Assembly (NCBI GenBank): GCA_017882825.1
Contig: JADGOS010000001.1
Coordinates: 1-53,135, forward strand
Direction: 5' to 3'
Source of the DNA: Demequinaceae bacterium
Lineage (GTDB): Bacteria; Actinomycetota; Actinomycetes; Actinomycetales; Demequinaceae
DNA: 53,135 bases
A program made the translations under genes and the position numbers. Below, in pieces: positions 9,261 to 17,464 of the stretch (position 1 is its first letter; each line of letters opens with the position of its first letter). The notes beneath the pieces are model-generated. The model saw nothing but the letters and a program-made list of their open reading frames with translations. It was not told where the DNA came from and did not search any database.

Positions 9261-9298
9261 CACAGGGGGCGGGCGACTCACATCGCCCGCCCCCTGTG
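9261..9298 (+). terminator. Perfect 16-bp hairpin after the DUF5679-like ORF
   Basis: cacagggggcgggcga (9261-9276), loop ctcaca, then tcgcccgccccctgtg (9283-9298), an exact reverse complement. There is no T-tract (I-shaped actinobacterial type). Confidence 0.65.
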
Positions 9299-9345
9299 TC
9301 GTCTGCACCCCCTGTGTCGTCTGCACCCCCTGTGTCGTCTGCACC
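9292..9345. repeat. 3 x 18-nt perfect tandem repeat
   Basis: ccctgtgtcgtctgcacc occurs at 9292-9309, 9310-9327 and 9328-9345. The first unit overlaps the 3' arm of the hairpin. Confidence 0.9.
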
Positions 9346-9406
9346 CCGCGTGCGCGCAGCCTGTGGATATCGCCCACGCCCGCCGCCGCGCGGCCAAGGT
9401 GGATCC

Positions 9407-10342
9407 ATGCGTCTACGACCGGGCGTTTCCGTCCTCCATCTGACCGAAGGTGCCATCCAGATCGGCCTTCGCGATCCTTTGGTCCTTCACGGCATCTGCC
9501 GCGCCGAGGCCCACTTCTTGGCCTCGCTCGAGGGGCGTTCCGTGCCGGTGAGCTCGAGCGAACGGCGCGATTTCCCCGAGTCGGTCGGCGCGCTTGGGCG
9601 CCATCCACACCTGCTCTGGCGCGACGACCCGACGCAGGAGCGCCTCGCGAGCGTGGCGGTCCGTTGGCGCGGCTGTGGGCTCCCCGCGCTCGAGGCGGCA
9701 AGAGTCCTGGCACTCGCCGGGGTCCGCACGATGTCGGCGGTCGACTCTCGGCCGGTCTCGCCAGCCGATCCCTACTCCCCCGCCCTCCGCGGGCTGGCCC
9801 GCGCGGAGGCGCTGGCCCGTGCCGTCGCCGAGACCGGCGCGGAGGTCAGGTGGGCCTCCCGCGAGTCGCCCGTTGACCTCGAGGTGCTCTCCGCGCACGG
9901 TGCCCCCGACCTCGTCTCAACGCGTGAACTCCTCGCACGGGACGTGATGCACCTCCTCATAGTCGCGGACGAGGATGGCCTGACCGTGGGGCCTGTAGTC
10001 GTCCCCGGAGTGACGGCCTGCGCCAGTTGTCTTGCGCACGCGCGCGCGGATCGTGACCCAAGGTGGCCGCGCATCGCCCTCCAACTCGGCGGTGCCGCGA
10101 GGGACGGTGCCGCGCATCTGCCACCCGAGTGCTCCTCGCTCGGCGGAGCGCTCGCCGCCCGCGAGGTCCTCGCCGCGCTCCGCGGTGAGCGGCGCGCCGC
10201 GGGTCAGTGGCGCGTCCCCGCTCACGGGGAAGCGTCGTGGCAGGCGGTCACGCCACATGAGGCGTGCGGGTGCGGAGCCGCGCGCGACGTCGGAGACGCG
10301 GTGGCCGCAGCCAAGGCACGAATGGCGCCGAGGGTGGCCTAG
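9407..10342 (+). CDS. ThiF/E1-like protein with N-terminal peptide-binding (RRE-like) region (TOMM-docking-protein-like)
   Basis: Track ORF trimmed to the ATG at 9407 (MRLRPGVSVLHL..). The Rossmann-like segment VAVRWRGCGLPALEAARVLALAGV has a degenerate Gly loop. CASC and CGC Cys pairs are present. The family call is from memory of similar actinobacterial proteins next to uvrD2. Confidence 0.55.
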   Translation: MRLRPGVSVLHLTEGAIQIGLRDPLVLHGICRAEAHFLASLEGRSVPVSSSERRDFPESVGALGRHPHLLWRDDPTQERLASVAVRWRGCGLPALEAARVLALAGVRTMSAVDSRPVSPADPYSPALRGLARAEALARAVAETGAEVRWASRESPVDLEVLSAHGAPDLVSTRELLARDVMHLLIVADEDGLTVGPVVVPGVTACASCLAHARADRDPRWPRIALQLGGAARDGAAHLPPECSSLGGALAAREVLAALRGERRAAGQWRVPAHGEASWQAVTPHEACGCGAARDVGDAVAAAKARMAPRVA

Positions 10343-10346
10343 GCCA

Positions 10347-12308
10347 TCAGGGGCGGGCCGGGTCGGCCGCGACGATCTCGATAATCTCGATGCCGTAGCG
10401 GTCGAGCTTCGACGGCCCCACGCCCTTGACGGTGGCGAGTTGGCCGAGGGTCGCGGGTCTCTTCGAGGCAATCTCGGCGAGGCTCGCGTCGACGAGGACG
10501 GTGAAGGCGGGCTTGGCGTCGGCCTCGGCGTGCGCGAGGCGCCATGCCTTGAGAGACTCGAAGAGCCGCAGGTCAGCGACGGTGAGGTCCGCCGCGGCGA
10601 CCTTGGGCTTGGGGGGCGCGATCCGCGCCTCTGGCCACCACTTCTCCAGGAATCGTGTGCGCTTGCGGCTGGCTCGGCCGCCCTCGGTGCGCGAGCGCCC
10701 GTAGGAGAGGACGAGGTGCTCGCGGGCGCGAGTGATCCCCACGTAGAGCAGCCGGCGCTCCTCCTCGATCGCGGCTTCCGTCTCCGCCATCGAGATGGGG
10801 AGGAGGCCCTCGCTCAACCCGACAATGAACACGGCATCCCACTCGAGCCCCTTCGCCGCATGGAGCGTGGTCAGCGTCACGCCATCGACCGCAGGGGCGT
10901 GCTGCGCCTCCGCCCTCTCACCGAGGTCGTCGACGAACTCCCGAAGCGTTCCCTCCCAGTCGTCGGCGAGGTCGACGAGAGCCTGGAGTGAGTCCCAGCG
11001 TTCGCGGACCGCGCCGCGCACGGCGGGCGGCTCCTCGCTCCATCCCACGCCGTCGAGCGCCTCGCGAACCGCGATAGGGACCTCGGGAGACGAGGGCACG
11101 ACCGCCGCCCCGCGGAGCATGACCAGCGCCCTCTTGATCTCTTCGCGATCGAAGAACCGCGCGCCTCCCCTGACCAGGTACGCGATGCCGCGCTGAGCGA
11201 GCGCATCCTCCACCACCTCCGACTGCCCGTTGGTGCGATACAACACGGCGATCTCGCGGAGCGACACGCCCGCGGAGACGAGGGCTGAAATGCGCTCGGC
11301 CGTCCCGGTCGCCTCGGCCGCCCCGTCCGGGTAGGTCTGGAACGCGACGGCGGGTCCCGACGGGCGCTGCGCCACCAGTTCGACCGCCCCGCCGCCGCGC
11401 GTGTGCATCAGATCGTTCGCGAGCCTGACGACCTGCGGCGTCGAACGGTAGTCCCGCACGAGCCGGACAACCGTGGCGTGCGGGTAGAGGCGCGGGAAGC
11501 CCGTGAGGTGCCGGGGCGACGCACCCGCGAACGAGTAGATGGTCTGGGACGGGTCGCCGACGACGCAGATCTCATCCCTGCCGCCGAGCCACTGGTCGAG
11601 CAGGTACTGCTGAAGCGGGGAGACGTCTTGATATTCGTCGACGACGAAGTGGCGATACTGACGACGGATCGTGTCGCCTACCTCGCGATGTCGCGCCATG
11701 ACGTCGGCAAGGATCAGAAGGATGTCCTCGAAGTCGAGCAGGACCTTCTCGGTCTTGACGTCCTCGTAGGCTCGCATGAGGTCCGCGACGAGGGCTCTCG
11801 CGACCGCCGCTGGCTGGGGTCGCCCCTGCGCCTCGGCGACGGCCGCGTAGTCGCCCGCTGCCACGAGCGAGACCTTGGCCCACTCGATCTCCGCGGCGAG
11901 GTCGCGAACCGCGATCCGGTCGACGCTCATCCCCACCCGCCGGGCCGCCTCGCCCACCAGGGCGCCCTTCTGCGGGGCGATCGGGGGGATCTGCCCCCCA
12001 ACCACCTCGGGCCAGAAGTAGCCGAGCTGCCTCAGTGCCGCGGCGTGGAACGTCCGAGCCTGGACGCCGTCGACGCCGAGCGCACGAAGCCTCTGGCGCA
12101 TCTCTCCAGCCGCGCGCGCCGTGAACGTGACCGCGAGCACCGAGGGAGCCTGGTAGGCGTTGACGCTCACGCCGTAGGCGATGCGGTGAGTGATCGCACG
12201 CGTCTTGCCCGTCCCCGCGCCGGCAAGCACGCAGACGGGGCCGCCCAGCGCCCGCGCCACCTCGCGCTGCTCGGGATCGAGCGGCTCCAGAATGTCGTCG
12301 GGTCTCAT
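10347..12308 (-). CDS. uvrD2: ATP-dependent DNA helicase UvrD2 (UvrD/PcrA core + C-terminal HRDC)
   Basis: Walker A AGAGTGKT, DEYQD, and a C-terminal HRDC-like LKAWRLAHAEADAKPAFTVLVDASLAEIA. The ATG at 12308 (MRPDDIL) avoids overlap with nudC. Confidence 0.9.
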   Translation of the reverse strand: MRPDDILEPLDPEQREVARALGGPVCVLAGAGTGKTRAITHRIAYGVSVNAYQAPSVLAVTFTARAAGEMRQRLRALGVDGVQARTFHAAALRQLGYFWPEVVGGQIPPIAPQKGALVGEAARRVGMSVDRIAVRDLAAEIEWAKVSLVAAGDYAAVAEAQGRPQPAAVARALVADLMRAYEDVKTEKVLLDFEDILLILADVMARHREVGDTIRRQYRHFVVDEYQDVSPLQQYLLDQWLGGRDEICVVGDPSQTIYSFAGASPRHLTGFPRLYPHATVVRLVRDYRSTPQVVRLANDLMHTRGGGAVELVAQRPSGPAVAFQTYPDGAAEATGTAERISALVSAGVSLREIAVLYRTNGQSEVVEDALAQRGIAYLVRGGARFFDREEIKRALVMLRGAAVVPSSPEVPIAVREALDGVGWSEEPPAVRGAVRERWDSLQALVDLADDWEGTLREFVDDLGERAEAQHAPAVDGVTLTTLHAAKGLEWDAVFIVGLSEGLLPISMAETEAAIEEERRLLYVGITRAREHLVLSYGRSRTEGGRASRKRTRFLEKWWPEARIAPPKPKVAAADLTVADLRLFESLKAWRLAHAEADAKPAFTVLVDASLAEIASKRPATLGQLATVKGVGPSKLDRYGIEIIEIVAADPARP

Positions 12309-12321
12309 GAGGGCGATCGTG

Positions 12322-13218
12322 TCACGCCGAGGGGACACCGTCGGCGTCCGGGACCGTGCCGCCGTACCAGGAGTGGATCAGATACCGCGCGATGGAACCT
12401 GGGGGCGCCAGAATCATCTCTCCAGCGGCGACGAGCCGTGCCAGTTCCGGCCGGGTCAGCCACGCGGCGTCGGTGACCTCCAGGCCGTCGACCGCGATGT
12501 CCGTCGAGGCGGCCCGCGCCCTGTACCCGATCATGATCGAGGCCGGGAAGGGCCACGGCTGGCTCCCGGCGTACTCGACCTCGTCGAGCGTGATGCCCGA
12601 CTCCTCGAACACCTCGCGTCGCGCCGCCTGCTCGAGCGACTCCCCGGGCTCGACGTATCCCGCCAGATGCGAGTACCGCAGGGGCGAGTGGTAAGAGACG
12701 TGCGCCAGGAGCATCCGATCGTCCGCATCGGTGATCGCCACGATGACGGCGGGGTCGGTCCTCGGGTAGTGGTCCACGCCGTCCGCGGGGCATCGGCGCG
12801 ACCAGCCGCCCTCGCGCGGCTCGGTGGCGGTCCCGCACAGGGGGCAGTGCGCGGCACGCTCGTGCCAGGTCGCCATCGCGACGGCGGCCGTAGCGAGCTC
12901 TCGGTCCGCGCGCGCGGCCTCGTCGTTGAGGTCGGCGAACGCGCCCCGCAGGGGAACCATCGCCGCTGGCGGGACGAGCGCAAGATCGCCCGCAGGCACA
13001 ATTCCGGCGACCTCCCTGCCCCCGACGCGCCCAAGGTAGAACGCCAATCGGGCCGGGGGCCGCGCTGCGGCGGGGACGATGGCGAGGCGGCCGCTGTCGG
13101 CCAGCACCGTCGCCCCGACGACCACGACGGCGTCGCACGCGTCGAGATCCACCGAGGCGCGGAGGTGCGCGGCGCGATCGATCAGCGGGGCTTCGGCGAG
13201 GGGCCAGCGTTCATGCAT
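12322..13218 (-). CDS. nudC: NAD+ diphosphatase NudC (Nudix)
   Basis: C-terminal 298 aa of the 645-aa track ORF. Zn motif CPLCG...RRCP, Nudix box GYVEPGESLEQAARREVFEESG, and the NADH-type SQPWPFP motif. ATG at 13218 (MHERWPL). Confidence 0.9.
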   Translation of the reverse strand: MHERWPLAEAPLIDRAAHLRASVDLDACDAVVVVGATVLADSGRLAIVPAAARPPARLAFYLGRVGGREVAGIVPAGDLALVPPAAMVPLRGAFADLNDEAARADRELATAAVAMATWHERAAHCPLCGTATEPREGGWSRRCPADGVDHYPRTDPAVIVAITDADDRMLLAHVSYHSPLRYSHLAGYVEPGESLEQAARREVFEESGITLDEVEYAGSQPWPFPASIMIGYRARAASTDIAVDGLEVTDAAWLTRPELARLVAAGEMILAPPGSIARYLIHSWYGGTVPDADGVPSA

Positions 13219-13287
13219 TCCCTCACGGTAGCCGCCGGGCGCGATCGCGCGTGGCGCTCGGCCCCACTTTGGCTCTACCGTGAGGTC

Positions 13288-14214
13288 GTGCCCCACTCTC
13301 CACTCGCCCTCGCCGCTCTCGCGTCGGCCGCGGTCCCCGGACTTGACGTTTACGACGTGCTCCGGAGCCCGCACGCCGACGTCGACTTCGATGTGGTCAT
13401 CGTCGTCGACTCGACGGGAAAGCACTGGATGGTGCGCGCGCCGCGTCGTGCCGCCGCGGGCGCCGCGCTCGAGGCCGAGCTCGGACTCCTCTCGCACCTG
13501 GCCCGAGAGCACGACTCGGGGGCGCTCTCGTTCGCCGTGCCGCGCCCCGCGGGCACCGCCGCGCTTCCCGAGGGAGGGCGGGCCGTGGTCTATGAGGAGA
13601 TCCGCGGAACCCGCCTCAACCTCGCCGCGCTCGAGCCGGGACCGGGACTCGCGGCCTCGCTCGGCCACGCGATCGCTGAGATCCATGAGCTTCGGCCCGA
13701 CATCATCGAGGACGAGGGCCTGCCGACGTACACGCCGGAGGCGTATCGTCAGCGCCGCCTCGCGGAACTCGACGCCGCGGCGCAGACCGGCAAGGTGCCA
13801 CCCGCGCTCACCGGGCGATGGGAGGAGAGGCTTGAGAACGTCGCGTGGTGGCGGTACGAGCCCACTCCGGTGCACGGGAGCCTGGGCGAGCACCAGGTCG
13901 TCGTGGCCGACGGAGCGGTCGCCGGGATTGTCGGCTGGGCCGAGGCGCGCGTCGCCGACCCCGCGGACGACCTGGCATGGCTCATCGCCTCCGCGACGCC
14001 GGAGGCCGCCGACTCGGTGATCGAGGCGTACGCCGTGGGACGCCGGGAACTGCGGGATCCCCACCTGGTGGACCGCGCGCGCCTCGCGGCCGAACTCGCC
14101 CTCGCGCGCTGGCTCATGCACGGCATCCGCACGGAGGAGCCGGAAGTCGTCGACGACGCCCAGGACATGCTCGCCGACCTTGAGGCCCAGCTCACAGAAG
14201 CTGGCGAACTCTAG
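13288..14214 (+). CDS. Macrolide-phosphotransferase-like (APH fold) protein, catalytic Asp residues substituted
   Basis: C-terminal part of the 674-aa track ORF. WMVRAPRR and HGSLGEHQVVV...GIVGWAEARVADPADD align with the recalled Mph(2') motifs LRIPRR and HGDLxxGH...IDWSEARVxDPA. Start is the GTG at 13288, or alternatively the ATG at 13213. Confidence 0.72.
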   Translation: MPHSPLALAALASAAVPGLDVYDVLRSPHADVDFDVVIVVDSTGKHWMVRAPRRAAAGAALEAELGLLSHLAREHDSGALSFAVPRPAGTAALPEGGRAVVYEEIRGTRLNLAALEPGPGLAASLGHAIAEIHELRPDIIEDEGLPTYTPEAYRQRRLAELDAAAQTGKVPPALTGRWEERLENVAWWRYEPTPVHGSLGEHQVVVADGAVAGIVGWAEARVADPADDLAWLIASATPEAADSVIEAYAVGRRELRDPHLVDRARLAAELALARWLMHGIRTEEPEVVDDAQDMLADLEAQLTEAGEL

Positions 14215-14235
14215 CGGCTCGCGAACTCTAGCGGC
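14204..14235. repeat. 17-nt tandem duplication carrying both convergent stop codons
   Basis: gcgaactctagcggc at 14204-14218 and 14221-14235. Copy 1 supplies the TAG of the + gene (14212-14214). Copy 2 supplies the cta of adnB (14228-14230). Confidence 0.8.
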
Positions 14236-17200
14236 CTGCGGCCAGCACCAGCGCGACAATCTCCTCCTCGCCGAGCATGCGTTCGGGCGCGACGGTCTGG
14301 CCCGTCAACGCGTAGAAGAACACCGCGTCGACCTCCTCGAGGGGCATGCCCTTCCAGCGCGACCACGCGAGCCGATAGGTCGCGAGTTGGACCTCGCGCG
14401 CGGCGCGCTCCGCGGGATCTGCGGGGGGCGCCCCCGTCTTCCAGTCCACGACGGTGACCCGGTCGAGCCCCGCGCCCGCGGGGAAGACCGCGTCTATCTG
14501 CGACCGCAGCGTCAGGGAACCCAGGGGAACCTCGACGCGGGCCTCGGTGGCGACGGGTATTCGCGCGGCCCACGGGGAGGCGAGGAAGGAGTCGCGCAAC
14601 GCGCCGATATCGCCCCCGGACTCGGGAGCGTCTTCGTCGTCCCACAACGACACGGCGCCGTAGTGCGCCTCGACCCAGCCGTGAAAGGCGCTCCCCCTCG
14701 CCGCGGCCTCGGTCGGCTCGGCGGGAATGGGCCGACGGAGATCGCGAGCGAACGCCTCCGCGTCGCGCGCGAGCGACACGAGTTCGGTCGCCGAGAGGTG
14801 GGTGGGCAATGTGACGGTGGAGGCGTGACCGGACCGAGCCGCCTGCTCGGCAAGCATCGCCGCGATCTCCCGTCCGTGCGGAAGGTCCTCGATATCGCCC
14901 GACGTCCCGCGCGAAACGGCCTCCCCCACCTCGGCGGCGAGGTCGCGAATCCTCCGCTGGGCACCCGTAGCTTCCGGCGGCCACGGAGCGCTCAGCGGCG
15001 ACGCATCGGCCGAAGGGTTGGTCTCCGGGCGGGGCTCCCACCCCTCGCGGGAAACGACTCCGCAATCGACGAGTTCGCTTGTGTAGAGCGACGGCTCGAA
15101 TGGAGTCACGCCCTCGCCCCACCACGCTCCCGTGAGGATCACGGAAAAGAAGGCTCGGGTGACGGCCACGTAGAACAGCCGTCGCTCCTCCTCCACGCGG
15201 TACGCCCCCGCCGCGAGCCGGAAGTCGTCCTTGCGCAAGCCCCAGTCCTTGGCGTCGGTCGACCCCTGCCAGCGCCACTCCGGAAGGCCCGCCGAGTCTC
15301 GCCTCAGCGGCCAAGGAAGCGCCGCGAGGCCGGACGTCCAACCCGCGTCCCGGTATCCCGGCTTTCCCGCGGTCGGGCGATCGACCTTGGGGAAGCGCCC
15401 GTCCACAAGGCCAGGAACCGCGACCACGTCCCACTCGAGGCCCTTGGCCGCGTGAATCGTCTGCACCTGAACCGCCGTGGGATCGGGCGGCGCGACCGGG
15501 GAGTCCAGGCCGGACTCCTCGTCTCGCGCGGCGTCCAGCCACGCAAGGAACGCCCCGAGAGTCGCGCGTTCGGCTCCCGCCCCGAAGGTGCGCGCGACGT
15601 CGGCGAAGGCGTCGAGGACGACGGTGGCCGATGCCTGGTGCCGAGACGCCTCACACTCGATATCGAGCGCATCCGCCCGCCACGCGAACGCGACGAACTC
15701 CCCGAGCGGAAGGTAGGTATGCGCCCTCACCGCCCCGATCAGCGCGCGAACCTCGCGGAGACGCTCCCTGGCGGTGGCGGTGAGGGGCCTCCCCTCGCGG
15801 GAGCGCCAGCCGTCGTGCGGGAGGGATTCGACCGCGTCAACGATGCTGGGTTCGCCTTCGCGCGCATCGCGCGGCCCCGCGAGTTCCCGCGACCATTCGC
15901 CAAGCGCCGCGAGATCAGCGGCACCGAGCGCAAGCCGCTCCGACGCCAGGAGCCGCATGAGCGAGTCCCCCCTGCTGGGGTCGTGCGCGCATTCAAGGAG
16001 CGCAACCAACTCGACGATCTCCGGCGTATCGAGGAGACCGCCCAGCCCCACGACCTGATAGCGGACGCCCGCTGCCCGAAGAGCGGCAACTATTGTGGGG
16101 AACTGCCGGCGGGCACGACAGAGGATCGCCGCGGTCGCCGGGCGGCGATCATCAGCGCGCCGATCCTCGGCCGCCAGACTGGCGGCGCGCCATTCCTCAA
16201 CACCAGAGCGTCGCGCGACGAGCGCGTCAACCACGCCGCGCGCCTCCTCCGCGGCGTCCGCGTACATGTGGGCGGTCACCGCAGGAATCTGCGGCCCGGG
16301 CACGGCGCCCGTCCCCGCCCCCTCGCGCGCGCGCAGGATCGGTACCGGGACTCTGGACCGGGCGCGCAGGGGTTCCGTCGCCGCGTTCGCGGCCTCGAGG
16401 ACGCCCGTAGCGTTTCTCCACGAAACGGAGAGAGACAGCACCCCGACCTCGCCCTCGCCGCCAAACCGATCGACGAAGTCCGCGAGAGAATCCGCCGACG
16501 CGCCCCGAAACCCGTAGATCGCCTGGTGGGGATCGCCCACCGCCATCACGGGGTGACTCTGGCCGAACAACATTGCGAAGAGATCCATCTGGCCGTGGGA
16601 GGTGTCCTGGAACTCGTCCAGAAGCACGACGCGGTAGCGCGAACGCTCGACGGCACGCACGGCGGGGATGCGGGCGAGCCTGCCGGCGAGCGCAATCTGG
16701 TCAGCGAAGTCCAGGAAGGAGCCGTCGCGTTTGCGCCGCGCGAATTCTTCAAGAAGGGGCGCCATGGCGGCGCGCGCGCGGAACTTGGCCGCCTCCGCGC
16801 GCTGGGCCTTGGTCGGGGCCCCCGCGCCTCGCGCCGCGCCGGAAGGCACGGTTCCCACCGTTTGAGCGACCGCCTCGCAGATCCGGGCGAGGTCGCCGGG
16901 GCCCGCACCGTGGTCGGAGAGCTGGGCCGCGAGCCGAGGAATGGCCCCGATGATCGAACTCACCGCGGACTCGGCGTCGAGGTCCTCGGCCCACCCCTCG
17001 ACGATCGCCGAGGACATCTGCCAGAGAGATGCATCGGTGAGGACCACCGAGTCGGGGTCGACTCCGACGCGCAGGCCGTGTTCCCCGACGAGCCCGGCCG
17101 AGTAGGCGTTGTAGGTCGCGACGGTCGGGACGGGTCGCGCGGCATCCGCACCGAAGGCGGAATCGATGCGTCGCCGGGCGCGGTCGGCAATCTCGGCCGC

Positions 17201-17464
17201 GGCCTTGCGCGTGAAGGTAAGGCACAAGATCTCGTCGGGGGAGATGTCCTCGCCCCAGATCTCGCGCGCGTGGTCCAGGAGGTGGACCATCCGCATCGAC
17301 AGAGTCTCCGTCTTGCCAGAACCGGCGCCCGCGACGACGAGGGCCGGCTTCGCGCCCCATCCGATCACCCTTGCCTGTTCCTCCGTCGGGATGCGCGCGG
17401 GGTCGACGAGGGACGCGAGATCCGCGACGGTCCGCGCGCGCCCCTGCACAACGCCGGCGCTCAC
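14228..17464 (-). CDS. adnB: Helicase-nuclease AdnB (UvrD-like motor + RecB-type nuclease)
   Basis: Walker A AGAGSGKTETL, DEFQD, and a C-terminal PD-(D/E)XK region (VDWKTG). Start set to the GTG at 17464, which overlaps the adnA stop by 4 nt (GTGA). The track start at 17530 is a likely over-extension. Confidence 0.85.
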   Translation of the reverse strand: MSAGVVQGRARTVADLASLVDPARIPTEEQARVIGWGAKPALVVAGAGSGKTETLSMRMVHLLDHAREIWGEDISPDEILCLTFTRKAAAEIADRARRRIDSAFGADAARPVPTVATYNAYSAGLVGEHGLRVGVDPDSVVLTDASLWQMSSAIVEGWAEDLDAESAVSSIIGAIPRLAAQLSDHGAGPGDLARICEAVAQTVGTVPSGAARGAGAPTKAQRAEAAKFRARAAMAPLLEEFARRKRDGSFLDFADQIALAGRLARIPAVRAVERSRYRVVLLDEFQDTSHGQMDLFAMLFGQSHPVMAVGDPHQAIYGFRGASADSLADFVDRFGGEGEVGVLSLSVSWRNATGVLEAANAATEPLRARSRVPVPILRAREGAGTGAVPGPQIPAVTAHMYADAAEEARGVVDALVARRSGVEEWRAASLAAEDRRADDRRPATAAILCRARRQFPTIVAALRAAGVRYQVVGLGGLLDTPEIVELVALLECAHDPSRGDSLMRLLASERLALGAADLAALGEWSRELAGPRDAREGEPSIVDAVESLPHDGWRSREGRPLTATARERLREVRALIGAVRAHTYLPLGEFVAFAWRADALDIECEASRHQASATVVLDAFADVARTFGAGAERATLGAFLAWLDAARDEESGLDSPVAPPDPTAVQVQTIHAAKGLEWDVVAVPGLVDGRFPKVDRPTAGKPGYRDAGWTSGLAALPWPLRRDSAGLPEWRWQGSTDAKDWGLRKDDFRLAAGAYRVEEERRLFYVAVTRAFFSVILTGAWWGEGVTPFEPSLYTSELVDCGVVSREGWEPRPETNPSADASPLSAPWPPEATGAQRRIRDLAAEVGEAVSRGTSGDIEDLPHGREIAAMLAEQAARSGHASTVTLPTHLSATELVSLARDAEAFARDLRRPIPAEPTEAAARGSAFHGWVEAHYGAVSLWDDEDAPESGGDIGALRDSFLASPWAARIPVATEARVEVPLGSLTLRSQIDAVFPAGAGLDRVTVVDWKTGAPPADPAERAAREVQLATYRLAWSRWKGMPLEEVDAVFFYALTGQTVAPERMLGEEEIVALVLAAGR

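Noticed and set aside
9292-9345. The short repeat arrays (here, and at 23516-23623 and 52696-52881) as possible CRISPR arrays.
   Set aside because: The units abut each other with no spacers and are 15-36 nt coding or near-coding tandem repeats. No cas genes are present.
12322-14259. 645-aa ORF, which could be read as a large NudC fusion protein.
   Set aside because: Only the C-terminal 298 aa (from the ATG at 13218) resemble NudC. The upstream part is antisense to the Mph-like gene and has no motifs.
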